A DNA stretch of 38,859 nucleotides from an uncultured Clostridia bacterium (GTDB lineage: Bacteria; Bacillota; Clostridia; Christensenellales; UBA1242), in NCBI GenBank assembly GCA_947626175.1, contig CANQRE010000002.1, forward strand, positions 1-38,859, in the 5' to 3' direction. The notes under the pieces are model-generated. The model was not told the DNA's origin, searched no databases, and worked only from the letters and a program-made list of their open reading frames with translations. Position numbers and translations under genes: made by a program. Positions 7,227-15,516 of the stretch are shown piece by piece; position 1 is the first letter of the stretch, and each line of letters opens with the position of its first letter.

Positions 7227-8066
7227 ATGTCTAACATGAAAAAAGAAAACACAACATTCAAAAACAAAGAAGAATTTTTTAGGGCCTTAAAATTTTTGCT
7301 CTTTTCACTTTCTGCGGGGATAATTCAACTTGTCAGCTCCACAGTGTTAAAATTGATTTTGGATTATTGCATAAATCCGCAAATCACTTTTTATTTTATC
7401 AATCAGCAGGATTTAAGCACTTTTGTTGCTGACACTGTTGGACTTGCGCTTTCTGTTATATGGAATTTCACATTCAACCGCAAATTCACATTCAAAGCGG
7501 CAACCAATGTTCCGCTTGCAATGTTTTTGGCGTTTTTGTTTTATGTTCCATTTTATCCATTCCAAATTTGGTATGTTCAAATGGTTGAAACAAGCCTGGC
7601 ATGGGGATTTTGGGGATATCTTATTGGCCTTGTAACTTGCATGATAATCAACTTTGTGCTTGAATTTTTGTGGCAACGATTTTTCATTTTCCGCAAATCG
7701 CTCAACACCAAGCCGCTTGCAAAAACAGTTGAAATGCACCTTGACCCAAAGCCGTTTGAGCAAATAAAAAGCGGTGAAAAAACAGTTGAAATGCGCTGCA
7801 ATGATGAAAAACGCAAATCGTTAAAGCCGCTTGATCACATTGTTTTCACAAACACAAAAACAGGCGAAAAACTGAAGGCAACAGTTGACAAAATTGTAAA
7901 TTTTGAAAATTTTGACGAGCTGATAAAAAAATACGACAGGCAAAAACTTGGCATAAGCGAAAACGCCAAAAATCCTGCAAAAACAGTTGAAAAATATTAT
8001 TCTGCACAGGATTTAAAAAACGGCGTTGTTGCAATTGAGTTAAAAGACATAAAACACACAAAATAG
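7227..8066 (+). CDS. GtrA-family membrane protein fused to a C-terminal ASCH domain
   Basis: The N-terminal part has 4 TM segments and the GtrA signature WNFTFNRKFTFK. From about 7728 there is an ASCH-like domain (VEMHLDPKPFEQIKSGEKTVEMRCNDEKRKSLKPLDHIVFTN...GVVAIELKDI). The real start may be the second ATG at 7236, because the -10 box overlaps the first one. Confidence 0.8.
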   Translation: MSNMKKENTTFKNKEEFFRALKFLLFSLSAGIIQLVSSTVLKLILDYCINPQITFYFINQQDLSTFVADTVGLALSVIWNFTFNRKFTFKAATNVPLAMFLAFLFYVPFYPFQIWYVQMVETSLAWGFWGYLIGLVTCMIINFVLEFLWQRFFIFRKSLNTKPLAKTVEMHLDPKPFEQIKSGEKTVEMRCNDEKRKSLKPLDHIVFTNTKTGEKLKATVDKIVNFENFDELIKKYDRQKLGISENAKNPAKTVEKYYSAQDLKNGVVAIELKDIKHTK

Positions 8067-8092
8067 CTTTGTTTGTCCGCCTTGAAAATGAT

Positions 8093-8121
8093 TTGGTGAA
8101 AAATTAAAAGTGTTATATAAT
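8093..8121 (+). promoter_or_regulatory. candidate promoter (TTGGTG - 17 - TATAAT) ending 7 nt before the ATG at 8129
   Basis: The hexamers lie at 8093-8098 and 8116-8121. There is no SD before the ATG. Confidence 0.4.
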
Positions 8122-8128
8122 AATATAT

Positions 8129-11119
8129 ATGAAAGAAAAAAGGCTTAACCAAACAAAATGTAACACGAAGGCACATTTTTGCCGACCAAACTTTGTTTGC
8201 CGCAAGGTTGATTTTCGCAAACAAAGCCTTTTTATTGTCACGGTCACATTATGTTTTGTTTTGCTGGCGTTGTTTGTAAGTTTTATTCCTTTTGGGGGCT
8301 TCACAAGATTAAAAGCCGATTGGCCACAGCAACCAACCGGCAGAGGCAATTTCACTCTTTCAAGCACAACCTTGAACGGCAACACTTTTTATTACACAAA
8401 TTTGGGCTTATTTCCCCAAACCTATGTTGGAAATGATCTCAATTCAATCTTGGAAGAAGAGTATGCTTGCAGCCAAGGCTTTCAAACTCAAACAATTTAT
8501 GGCCACACTTACAAATACATATATCTTGGCAAATATCCACAACGCTATGTGGGTGATTCTTTAAACGCAACCCTTGAAGCAGAATATTCCGCTGGGAATC
8601 TTGAAAATTCGAACTATAGTTTTTCAGGCAGCATGGGGTGTTATATATATCAAAATAGAGATTATGCTCGAGTTTTGCAAAAACCTTATACCGCCAACAC
8701 AAATTATTTGACTGTTGATGGAACGGTTGTCAAATCTGGTTCTCGTGGTGCGGCAAAATGGTTTAAGGTTGAACCAATCAAATGGTGGGTGATGGATGGC
8801 CTTAATGAAGGTGCTATTGATAGCAATGTCGTAGGTGGCGATGATGTTGGCAATTATTCATATTTAATGGCAGATCTTATTTTAAATGCTTATTATTGGT
8901 ATAATAGAGAAAGTAGTGGTGCGGAATATGAAAACACTTGGTTTGCTGGTTGCGTAGAAAGTTTTTCGCGGGATGCGAGATTAACGTCTTTTGCATATGA
9001 GGTCGGAATTTGTAGTTCTATTGTTAGCACAAGTAATTGTATGCTTTGTGCTCCAGATGCTTCATCTGCCGTAATGACCGCTTATGCATATCCGATGAGC
9101 AATATGGAACTTTTATTAGCTTATAGTTATGGTCTAAGTTATCCTCAAATTTTTTATGATGAACTTAAGAACTATCCATTATCAACATGGACAGTTTCGC
9201 CATATGCAATTGCAAATGGTTTGATTGTGGGCTCAGCAACTTCAGTTCCAACGGCAAAATTTTACTTGCGTTATGGGGAAGAAGGAACTTATGATGATGG
9301 CAAAGCACATAAATTAGGGATAGTTGACACTGGAGTAAAACTAACAAACGATAAAGCTACCAATGAACAAGTATGGCTTTATGATCAAAGTTATGGAAAG
9401 CCAATCGTAGATTCAGAGGGGAACATTTTTAGCCAAGCTGGATTTAGACCTTGCATGCTTGTTGAAAATGCCAAAGTTGATGCAAAAAGCAACACAGAGT
9501 TTTATAAAACAGGCAAAAAATATTCCATTTACAATGGACAAGCAGACGAATGGTATTATTCAAAAAGCGGTTCTTCCGGCAATTATGTCAGAGTCACACA
9601 AAAAGTGTCATCTTCAACTGCAACTTTTTCAACTGGCGAAACAGTTGGCTCTTCTGGCGTGGCAAAGTGGTTTAAGGTTGATTCAATCAAGTGGTGGCTT
9701 GTTGATGAAAAGGACCCAACATCTTTGGACAAAACAACAAATTTGCAATTTATCAGTGACGTTTGTTTGATGGCGGGCGTTGCAGGAGCATCTTCTTACA
9801 GCACAAGCGCACTTGCAACCTATGCAACCAACTTTTTTGAAACATCAGGTCTGTCAGCCCAAAAGGACACATTGATTCAAAACGTTACAATTGGCATTGG
9901 CAGTTATTCAGGGCAGGACACAACAAGCACAATGCAAACATATTGTTACATTCCGTCTTATTATGAAATGCAAACAAAATTTGCAAAATCGGGGTTATAT
10001 TTATATAGCAGCGGGACAAGCGCATCTGCATCAAGGATGGCTTCGCCTTCTGACCTTGCAATAGCGTGTGGTGCAAGAGTAAGCACTTCTTACAAAACAA
10101 ATGTCCGGCCAAATGGCGGAACATCGTCATATTATCTGCGTTCAAGTGGCAGCTCTTCCGCCCGCACCACTTGCGTTGCAGAATCAGGTGGCTTAAGTTA
10201 CAGTGCAACGCCTGCAACATCTATTGCTTTTCGTCCGCTGATCACTTTGAAATGGATTCCAACCATGGGTTATATGCCTTTCAAAGATTATGTTTTGGAT
10301 CTTCCAAATCGAAATGACATTTATTTTGATGAAGCTGAATCGGTGTTCCATCTAAAAACCTATCACGCATTGGAGCTTATGAGTGAATTTACAAATGCAA
10401 GTAATCAAAGATTAAGTGGAAGCTTCAAGCTTGACAATTCAATCAATTGCGATGGAAAAACATTGCTGGCAACAAAAAGCTTTGGCGGAACTTTTGATGG
10501 GGCAGGATGGTCAATTTTAAATCTCAATGTCACAGGTAGGGGATTTTTTGATACCATTGACGCTGCAAGTGTGAAAAACATAAATTTCCTTAGCGTCAAC
10601 ATCACTTCGTCAGCAACCGCCGGGGGAATTTTTGGATACGCCGCATCTTCATTTTCATCAAATGTGATTGACAATGTGTATTTTGAAGGAAAAATCAAAG
10701 GAACGCTTGTTGGAGCTTTTGCAGGCTTTCAAAATCAAGACTTAAGCATCACAAACAGCGGCGCAACTGTGAGCTATGATGCCACAAGTGCAAGTTATGG
10801 ATTTATTGCAGACATAAGCTCAGGAATTTTCACAAAAAGGACCATCAAAATTCAAAACAGTTATGTTAATGTGCTTTCTTCAAACGTGAGCGTGCCGATG
10901 TTGTTTGAAAGCTCGTCCGACACGTCAAAAACCACCGCAACTGGAGCATATCTCGCTTCACCTGATGCAAAACTGTTTTATTCAGGCTTTGACAACACTC
11001 TTTGGTGGCGAGCCGCAGGAAACTTGCCTTTCCTGCGCGAAAAAATTTGGGCGGGAGACAGCTTGCCGCAAATCGATGTTGAAAGCGTTTTGACAGGGCT
11101 TGGATTTACAAAAAAATAA
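8129..11119 (+). CDS. membrane-anchored surface protein: DUF6273-like repeats plus a C-terminal GLUG-like module
   Basis: 996 aa with a basic N-terminus and one TM segment (LFIVTVTLCFVLLALFVSFIPF). Motifs are duplicated: G(L/K)(F/Y)PQ.YVG..LN..LE.EY, and AKWFKV(E/D)(P/S)IKWW(V/L)(M/V)D. There is a YYLRSSGSS motif. The C-terminus reads FGGTFDGAGWSILNLNV...AGGIFGYA...WWRAAGNLPFL. Confidence 0.85.
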   Translation: MKEKRLNQTKCNTKAHFCRPNFVCRKVDFRKQSLFIVTVTLCFVLLALFVSFIPFGGFTRLKADWPQQPTGRGNFTLSSTTLNGNTFYYTNLGLFPQTYVGNDLNSILEEEYACSQGFQTQTIYGHTYKYIYLGKYPQRYVGDSLNATLEAEYSAGNLENSNYSFSGSMGCYIYQNRDYARVLQKPYTANTNYLTVDGTVVKSGSRGAAKWFKVEPIKWWVMDGLNEGAIDSNVVGGDDVGNYSYLMADLILNAYYWYNRESSGAEYENTWFAGCVESFSRDARLTSFAYEVGICSSIVSTSNCMLCAPDASSAVMTAYAYPMSNMELLLAYSYGLSYPQIFYDELKNYPLSTWTVSPYAIANGLIVGSATSVPTAKFYLRYGEEGTYDDGKAHKLGIVDTGVKLTNDKATNEQVWLYDQSYGKPIVDSEGNIFSQAGFRPCMLVENAKVDAKSNTEFYKTGKKYSIYNGQADEWYYSKSGSSGNYVRVTQKVSSSTATFSTGETVGSSGVAKWFKVDSIKWWLVDEKDPTSLDKTTNLQFISDVCLMAGVAGASSYSTSALATYATNFFETSGLSAQKDTLIQNVTIGIGSYSGQDTTSTMQTYCYIPSYYEMQTKFAKSGLYLYSSGTSASASRMASPSDLAIACGARVSTSYKTNVRPNGGTSSYYLRSSGSSSARTTCVAESGGLSYSATPATSIAFRPLITLKWIPTMGYMPFKDYVLDLPNRNDIYFDEAESVFHLKTYHALELMSEFTNASNQRLSGSFKLDNSINCDGKTLLATKSFGGTFDGAGWSILNLNVTGRGFFDTIDAASVKNINFLSVNITSSATAGGIFGYAASSFSSNVIDNVYFEGKIKGTLVGAFAGFQNQDLSITNSGATVSYDATSASYGFIADISSGIFTKRTIKIQNSYVNVLSSNVSVPMLFESSSDTSKTTATGAYLASPDAKLFYSGFDNTLWWRAAGNLPFLREKIWAGDSLPQIDVESVLTGLGFTKK

Positions 11120-11149
11120 ATAACATCATTTTAAAACACAAACAAAAAA

Positions 11150-11173
11150 ACGGCGCTAAAAGTGCCGTTTTTT
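11150..11173. terminator. bidirectional rho-independent terminator
   Basis: An A-run is followed by ACGGCGCT-AAA-AGTGCCGT and then TTTTTT. Confidence 0.7.
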
Positions 11174-11183
11174 GTTAACCGCA

Positions 11184-11205
11184 AAGGCGGGAACGAGCCT
11201 TCAGC
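11184..11205. repeat. 22-nt direct repeat, copy 1 (AAGGCGGGAACGAGCCTTCAGC)
   Basis: It matches 11351-11372 at 21 of 22 positions. Confidence 0.85.
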
Positions 11206-11315
11206 AAACGACACCCTAGCTCGAGTGCCTAATCAAACGCTTCGAAGAAAAAGCCTTTCAAAAAAGCGATTGCGCAAAATCGCCAAGCTTGCTGCGATTT
11301 TCAACGGCGCAAGAC

Positions 11316-11343
11316 AAAAAAAACAAGCGTCCGAGCGACGCTT
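11316..11343 (-). terminator. rho-independent terminator of the tRNA-Glu unit
   Basis: Minus strand reads AAGCGTC-GCTCG-GACGCTT followed by a T-run (GTTTTTTTT). Confidence 0.7.
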
Positions 11344-11350
11344 TTCGCCG

Positions 11351-11372
11351 AAGGCGGAAACGAGCCTTCAGC
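11351..11372. repeat. 22-nt direct repeat, copy 2 (AAGGCGGAAACGAGCCTTCAGC)
   Basis: It lies in the 3' trailer between the tRNA-Glu gene and its terminator. Confidence 0.85.
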
Positions 11373-11385
11373 GCAGTTTTTTTTG

Positions 11386-11460
11386 TGGTAGCCTCCAGGG
11401 GAGTCGAACCCCTCATTCCGCCGTGAAAGGGCGGCGTCTTAACCGATTGACCAGGAGGCC
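11386..11460 (-). tRNA. tRNA-Glu (anticodon UUC), CCA encoded
   Basis: Minus strand: GGCCTCCTGGTCAATCGGTTAAGACGCCGCCCTTTCACGGCGGAATGAGGGGTTCGACTCCCCTGGAGGCTACCA. It folds as a cloverleaf with anticodon loop CTTTCAC, T-arm GGGGTTCGACTCCCC and a 7-bp acceptor stem. Confidence 0.9.
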
Positions 11461-11494
11461 ACAATTTTTGTCACTTTATGTAGCGACGCAAATC

Positions 11495-11523
11495 ATTATA
11501 TTGGAAAACAGGGTGAAAGTCAA
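11495..11523 (-). promoter_or_regulatory. consensus sigma-A promoter for tRNA-Glu (TTGACT - 17 - TATAAT)
   Basis: On the minus strand the hexamers lie at 11523-11518 and 11500-11495, about 35 nt upstream of the mature tRNA 5' end. Confidence 0.6.
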
Positions 11524-11538
11524 GCGTTTTTTCCAATT

Positions 11539-12264
11539 TTATAAATTTTTGTAATCCCTGCGTGCAAATGCCAAAACATAAACTCGCTTTGCATACTTTT
11601 TAAGTGTTTTTGCACATTCATTTGATGTTGCACAAGTTGTGATAACATCGTCAACAAGCAAAACATTTTTGCCAAAAACGCTCTTTTTGTCTGTCACTGA
11701 AAATGCACCATTAAGATTTTTTTGGCGATTTACAAAATTCAGGTCTTTTTGCGAAGACGTTTCCTTTGTTTTTGTAAGGCTGTTTGTCACGGGAACCTTT
11801 AAAATTTTGCTAAGCTCAGTTGCAAGAAGTTGCGATTGATTGAAATGCCTCTTTTCCATTGAGCGATTTGAAAGGGGAACGGGAACGATCACGTCCACAG
11901 ACAAATTTTCTTCCAAAAAGCGAGTCGCCATAAGTTGAGCCATTTTTGGCGCAAGATATTTTTCGCTTTTTGTCTTTAGCCTTATCACAACATTTTTGGC
12001 TTTGTCGGCATAAAGGCAAGGAGCCATTGCTTTGTCAAAAGCCTTGTGGTGGCTTATGCAAAAGTCACAAACATCTCCATCGCCGCAAATTGGCATATCA
12101 CAAAGAATGCATCTTTTGCCTTTGTTAAAAGATGCATCTTGCAAACATTCATTGCAAATGATTTTTCCTTTTTCCACGTCATTGTCACAAAACAAACATG
12201 AAAAATTGGACGGAAAAAACAAATTTGACAAGGTTGTCAAAACTTTTGAAACAAATTTTTTCAT
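11539..12264 (-). CDS. comFC: ComF-family protein (ComFC-like; zinc-ribbon plus phosphoribosyltransferase domain)
   Basis: 241 aa. The N-terminus carries CxxC pairs (CLFCDN..CNEC..CILCD..CDFC). The C-terminus has the PRTase motif VLLVDDVITTCAT. Confidence 0.85.
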   Translation of the reverse strand: MKKFVSKVLTTLSNLFFPSNFSCLFCDNDVEKGKIICNECLQDASFNKGKRCILCDMPICGDGDVCDFCISHHKAFDKAMAPCLYADKAKNVVIRLKTKSEKYLAPKMAQLMATRFLEENLSVDVIVPVPLSNRSMEKRHFNQSQLLATELSKILKVPVTNSLTKTKETSSQKDLNFVNRQKNLNGAFSVTDKKSVFGKNVLLVDDVITTCATSNECAKTLKKYAKRVYVLAFARRDYKNL

Positions 12265-12282
12265 TTGTCAAAAAAACATTGA

Positions 12283-12310
12283 AAAAAAATGGTGAAACTC
12301 ACCACTTTTT
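12283..12310 (-). terminator. rho-independent terminator
   Basis: Minus strand reads TGGTGA-GTT-TCACCA followed by TTTTTTTT, directly after the stop at 12311. Confidence 0.7.
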
Positions 12311-12541
12311 TTAGCAATTGATCAAACGCCAGATTTTGCCTTTGACAATCATCAAAACAAGGTCAACAACCCAGATGATGCCCCAGCCAAGAAGCAATCT
12401 AACAATTCCGGCAACGAGTTTGCCTTCTGTGAATCTAACGATAGCTCCGCAGATCCAAGAAGTGAATGGAATGATTGCAAGAATAAGGCTTACAACTCTT
12501 CCAAGACCAAAATAATCTTTAGCTGCTGCTGCTTTTGCCAT
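12311..12541 (-). CDS. small two-TM membrane protein, unknown function
   Basis: 76 aa from the ATG at 12541 behind GGAGGA (MAKAAAAKDYFGLGRVVSLILAIIPFTSWICGAIV...). I rejected the upstream extension to 12592. Confidence 0.6.
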   Translation of the reverse strand: MAKAAAAKDYFGLGRVVSLILAIIPFTSWICGAIVRFTEGKLVAGIVRLLLGWGIIWVVDLVLMIVKGKIWRLINC

Positions 12542-12610
12542 GTTTTTATCCTCCTTCATCCTTATAATAAACGTTTTAAAAAATTTTGGCAAGCAAAACG
12601 ATATATTTTT

Positions 12611-12781
12611 TCAATCATTTTTATGTTTTGTTATGGACAATATCACTCCTTCTTTGATTTGCGATGGAGTAATAAAGTTTTCCACCAAGATCTGCGTTTC
12701 GTTGATCTCAAATTTTTCAGCAATTGACGAAAGAGTGTCGTCCCTTTTCACGATATAAAACCGATCGAATATTTTTTTCAT
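12611..12781 (-). CDS. LysM-domain micro-protein (56 aa), not in the ORF track
   Basis: My own translation is MKKIFDRFYIVKRDDTLSSIAEKFEINETQILVENFITPSQIKEGVILSITKHKND. It has a LysM-like Y.V..GDTL..IA..F......L...N......I..G pattern, a GGAAGG SD and a TGA stop at 12613-12611. Confidence 0.6.
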   Translation of the reverse strand: MKKIFDRFYIVKRDDTLSSIAEKFEINETQILVENFITPSQIKEGVILSITKHKND

Positions 12782-12848
12782 AAATGCCTTCCACTGTTTA
12801 TTGTATTAAATGCTTTGCACGAATAATACAATAATTTTGGAGGAAAAA

Positions 12849-14381
12849 ATGAAGTCAATTGTGAAAACAGTGGTCTTGATCACAGGCTTTTCCATTTTAA
12901 CAAGAGTGCTTGGCTTTTTGTTTCGAATTTATCTTTCTCGCACAATCGGCCCGGAAGCTTTGGGACTTTATCAAGTTGCTTTTTCTGTGTTTTCAGTTTT
13001 TCTCACCATTGTTTCAAGTGGACTTCCTTTTGTTATTTCTCGCTTAACTGCCAGCTATCGCATTGGAAACAATCAAAAAAAACAGGGCATGCTTTTGTCA
13101 TCGGGGCTTATCATAGGTTTGCTTGCAAGCCTTTTGCTATGTGGAATTGTTTTTGTTTTTAGAAATCTTTTTTCAAAACTGTTCACCGATTCAGCTTGCA
13201 TCGTAATTTTGCTTGTCCTTTTGCCGGCTGTTGTTTTTTCGGCTGTTTACAGTGTTTTTCGCGGGGCGTTGTGGGGGCAAGACAATTATTTTGCCCTTTG
13301 CATAAGCGAGTTTGTTGAGCAAGTTGTCAGAATTTTGTTATGCGTTTTGTTGATTGCTCCTGCGGCAAGCATATTGTCAAAAGCTGTTTCGGTTGCTTGG
13401 TCACTTACAATTGCATGTGCCTTTTCAATGATTTTTGTTGTGCTATTATTTTTTATTTGTGGCGGGAAAATGTCAAAGCCAGGAAAGGAATACCGCCAGC
13501 TTCTTCGCAGGTCGATTCCCATCACTGGAGTCCGAGTTGCCGGCAGTTTTGCTCAGCCGCTCACTGCGTTAATCATTCCGGCAAGGCTCACTGCGATTGG
13601 CTACACATCATCACAGGCGATGAGTTTGTTTGGAGTGGCTGTTGGCATGACGATGCCGCTTTTGTTTGTTCCGTCAACGCTTATCGGTTCGCTTGCCACA
13701 GCACTTGTGCCAGACATTTCAATGGCGGTGGCAAAAGAGGATTCATCGCACATTCAAGCTCGCATTAGCTCATCAATAATTTTTGCTCTTTTCATTTCCG
13801 CAATGGTTGTTCCTTTGTTTGCAGGGGCGGGCGAGATAATTGGCAATGTGCTATATGGCAACAGTTTGAGCGGAGTGATTTTGGCTTCGTCAGCTTGGAT
13901 TATGTTGCCAATGGGGCTGACAAACATCACGTCATCACTTTTAAATTCACTTGGATATGAAATAAGAGCTTGCGTCAATTACTTTGCCGGGGCAGTTGTA
14001 ATGTTTTTGTGCATGTGGTTTTTGCCTGCAATATGCGGGGTGAGCGCACTGTTTTATGGAATGGGATTATGTATGTGCGTGTCGGGGGCTCTTAACTTTT
14101 TCATGCTTCGCCGCAAAACAAAAGTCAAACTTAAGCTTTTTAGGCCGCTTGTTTTGTTGTGTTTGACAACAATTCCTTGTGCTGCAATTGTTTCATTTGT
14201 GTCAAAACTATGTTGCTTTTTAATGCCTGAGTTTGTTGCATTGATCATTGCCTGCGTTGTGGGAGTTGTGTTTTATTTGCTTTTATGTGTGGTGTTTAAT
14301 ATCGTTGATGTGAAAGGCTATTTTGACATGGTTTTAACAAAATTTAAGGGCAAAAAACTTAAGAAAGCCACAAAAGCATGA
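12849..14381 (+). CDS. MOP-superfamily flippase (MurJ/SpoVB/YabM-like polysaccharide or lipid II flippase)
   Basis: About 510 aa from the ATG at 12849 behind GGAGGA, with about 14 TM segments. The N-terminus is MurJ/SpoVB-like (ITGFSILTRVLGFLFRIYLSRTIGPEALGLYQVAFSV). Confidence 0.8.
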   Translation: MKSIVKTVVLITGFSILTRVLGFLFRIYLSRTIGPEALGLYQVAFSVFSVFLTIVSSGLPFVISRLTASYRIGNNQKKQGMLLSSGLIIGLLASLLLCGIVFVFRNLFSKLFTDSACIVILLVLLPAVVFSAVYSVFRGALWGQDNYFALCISEFVEQVVRILLCVLLIAPAASILSKAVSVAWSLTIACAFSMIFVVLLFFICGGKMSKPGKEYRQLLRRSIPITGVRVAGSFAQPLTALIIPARLTAIGYTSSQAMSLFGVAVGMTMPLLFVPSTLIGSLATALVPDISMAVAKEDSSHIQARISSSIIFALFISAMVVPLFAGAGEIIGNVLYGNSLSGVILASSAWIMLPMGLTNITSSLLNSLGYEIRACVNYFAGAVVMFLCMWFLPAICGVSALFYGMGLCMCVSGALNFFMLRRKTKVKLKLFRPLVLLCLTTIPCAAIVSFVSKLCCFLMPEFVALIIACVVGVVFYLLLCVVFNIVDVKGYFDMVLTKFKGKKLKKATKA

Positions 14382-14413
14382 AAATATTTTAAAACTTTGC
14401 TCATACTATCAGC

Positions 14414-15124
14414 ATGATAACAATCATAATTAGGGCAGTGATAATATATTTGGTGGTGTTGTTGCTTTTTCGCATTATGGGCAAAAGGCAGCTTGGGCAA
14501 ATGCAGCCTTTTGAACTTGTTTTAACATTGATTATCGCTGACCTTGCAACAATTCCAATGGCGGAAGTGGCAGTTCCTGTTTTGCACGGAATTGTGCCTT
14601 TGTTCACGCTTGTGATTTTGCATTTTGTTTTAACTTTTTTCACGCGGCTTAGCACAACTTTTTCAAGCATTCTCAGTGGCAAGCCAGTGATTGTTGTAAA
14701 TCCCAAAGGCATTGATTATCAAGCAATGAAAAAACTTAATATCACCGTTGATGACATTTTGGAATCAATGCGTGGGCTTGGCTATTTTTCGCTTGAACAA
14801 GTTGAATATGCAATCATGGAAACAAATGGAAAATTAAGTGTAATGCCAAAGGCTGAGGAATCGGCGGTTGTGAACAAAACAATTGATGCAAAAGTTGAGC
14901 CAAATGTCATTCCAATCAATTTGGTCAGCGAAGGGAAGCTTATGAAAAAAAATTTGCCAGTTGCCAAAGTGGATGAAAATTTTGTGCTTGATTTTGTCAA
15001 ACAAAAAACAGGCAAATCAAAATTGAAAGATGTGCTTGTGATGACAATTGACAAAAACGGCCAAGTGTTTTTGCAACTTAAGCAGGGAGAAAAACAAATA
15101 TTTGAAAATGTGAGGTCAAGATGA
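14414..15124 (+). CDS. DUF421 (YetF-family) membrane protein
   Basis: 236 aa. The N-terminus has the characteristic motif LLLFRIMGKRQLGQMQPFELVLTLIIADLA, followed by a soluble C-terminal domain. Confidence 0.85.
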   Translation: MITIIIRAVIIYLVVLLLFRIMGKRQLGQMQPFELVLTLIIADLATIPMAEVAVPVLHGIVPLFTLVILHFVLTFFTRLSTTFSSILSGKPVIVVNPKGIDYQAMKKLNITVDDILESMRGLGYFSLEQVEYAIMETNGKLSVMPKAEESAVVNKTIDAKVEPNVIPINLVSEGKLMKKNLPVAKVDENFVLDFVKQKTGKSKLKDVLVMTIDKNGQVFLQLKQGEKQIFENVRSR

Positions 15125-15516
15125 AAATATTTTCCAAAATTATGCTTGTCCTTATGTTTTTGTTTTTGATTGCAATAAGCGTGACTGAAGATTTGGTTGT
15201 CACAAATTCGCTTAAACAAGCAAAAACCGATTGTTTGTATATCGAAGCGCTTTCTGAAGGGAAAGAAGATGTGCGAGAGATGGACATTTCACTTGCGGTG
15301 GATGATTTGGAAGAGCATTGGAAAAACAATGAAAGTGGAATGTGTTATCTTGTAAATCACAAAAACATTCAGGAGATTGGAACAGAAATTTCAAAACTCA
15401 AAGTTTATCAAATGGAAAATGAGCTAAGCGAATTTTATGCAAGTTTGGAAGCAATAAAAGCCTACAGTGAAAGTTATTTGCATTTTATGGGTGCAAGTTT
15501 GCATAATGTGTTTTAA
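15121..15516 (+). CDS. DUF4363-like small membrane-anchored protein
   Basis: 131 aa with an N-terminal TM segment. Its start overlaps the DUF421 stop (ATGA), the usual DUF421/DUF4363 pairing. A GAGG SD is present. Confidence 0.65.
   Translation: MKIFSKIMLVLMFLFLIAISVTEDLVVTNSLKQAKTDCLYIEALSEGKEDVREMDISLAVDDLEEHWKNNESGMCYLVNHKNIQEIGTEISKLKVYQMENELSEFYASLEAIKAYSESYLHFMGASLHNVF

Noticed and set aside
11176-11350. SRP RNA, 6S RNA, tmRNA or a second (degenerate) tRNA in the GC-rich tRNA trailer
   Set aside because: I could not find conserved SRP domain IV, T-loop or tmRNA motifs by eye. I kept it only as an unexplained repeat and terminator region.
11162-11554. 130-aa plus-strand ORF across the tRNA region
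   Set aside because: It runs antisense through tRNA-Glu, its promoter and three terminator hairpins. The translation is low-complexity and Arg/Lys-rich, so it is spurious.
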